A program made the translations under genes and the position numbers. A stretch of 64,000 nucleotides of DNA from Gammaproteobacteria bacterium (GTDB lineage: Bacteria; Pseudomonadota; Gammaproteobacteria; Competibacterales; Competibacteraceae): NCBI GenBank assembly GCA_024234995.1, contig JACKNF010000001.1:353622-417621 (forward strand), read 5' to 3'. Below, piece by piece: positions 63,652 through 64,000 of the stretch (positions within the stretch are counted from its first letter, which is position 1; the number at the start of each line of letters is the position of its first letter). The notes below the pieces were generated by a model. That model did not search any database. It saw only the letters and a program-made list of their open reading frames with translations, and was not told where the DNA came from.

Positions 63652-64000
63652 ATGGATGAAATCAGTGCAATAGGTAGTATCGAGCTTTCCATTGTTATGC
63701 CTTGTTTGAATGAATCCGAAACGATTGGTTGCTGTATTGATAAGGCTAAACAATGGCTTGAGAAAACCGGTGTAAAGGGCGAAATCATTATCGGTGATAA
63801 CGGTTCAACCGATGGCTCACAGGAAATTGCTATGCGGTATGGAGCACGGGTGGTCCCTATTCCACAGCGCGGCTATGGTGCAGCACTGTATGGTGCAACC
63901 TTGGCGGTGCAAGGCCGATACGTTATTATGGGTGACTCCGATGATAGTTATGATTTTAGCGATCTTTCACCTTTCCTAGAAAAATTACGGGAAGGTTACG
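63652..64000 (+). CDS. GT2 polyprenyl-phosphate glycosyltransferase (GtrB/DPM1-like); 3' end truncated by the window edge
   Basis: The blocks LSIVMPCLNE, IIGDNGSTDGS and DSDDSY match the family. The ORF track omits it because there is no stop before the window end. Confidence 0.75.
   Translation, partial: MDEISAIGSIELSIVMPCLNESETIGCCIDKAKQWLEKTGVKGEIIIGDNGSTDGSQEIAMRYGARVVPIPQRGYGAALYGATLAVQGRYVIMGDSDDSYDFSDLSPFLEKLREGY

Overview
This is a 64-kb window from a gammaproteobacterium-like chromosome (about 55% GC, falling to about 38-45% in the last 7 kb). It splits into three parts.

Part 1 (1-29.2 kb) is an intact housekeeping stretch. It carries creBC; an OsmC gene; an Lpp-like lipoprotein flanked by two L,D-transpeptidase-fold genes; a split arnA (formyltransferase and decarboxylase as separate genes) plus arnD; bfd-bfr; yejA-yejB; fabI; ppiD; tRNA-Asp x2 and tRNA-Val; hupB-lon-clpX-clpP-tig; a five-tRNA operon (Pro-Arg-His-Lys-Leu); cysS; yejF; and a predicted aminopeptidase.

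Part 2 (about 29.3-53.9 kb) is a striking 24-kb tract. Most genes there are full length but broken by several small frameshifts each: cca, rsmE, an MFS transporter, a ureD-A-B-C-E urease relic that lacks ureFG, an orphan hydrogenase-maturation protease, an RsbU-type sensor phosphatase, a PPTase, galE, a DedA-PAP2 fusion, ispG, mgtE, and the start of a GH57 gene. These are interleaved with perfectly intact genes: an SPFH protein, two alcohol dehydrogenases, an anti-sigma kinase and an isochorismatase. Either this is localized indel error in the assembly, or it is a real block of recently decaying, possibly redundant, genes. The sequence alone cannot decide between these.

Part 3 (53.9-64 kb) is a low-GC, probably horizontally acquired, ABC-transporter-dependent (Wzm/Wzt) glycan locus with four glycosyltransferases, two methyltransferases and GtrA/GtrB-like genes.

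The tract also contains a candidate promoter-to-terminator sRNA unit and tRNA-like fragments at 30.5-31.0 kb. I saw no CRISPR array, no IS/transposase and no integrase.
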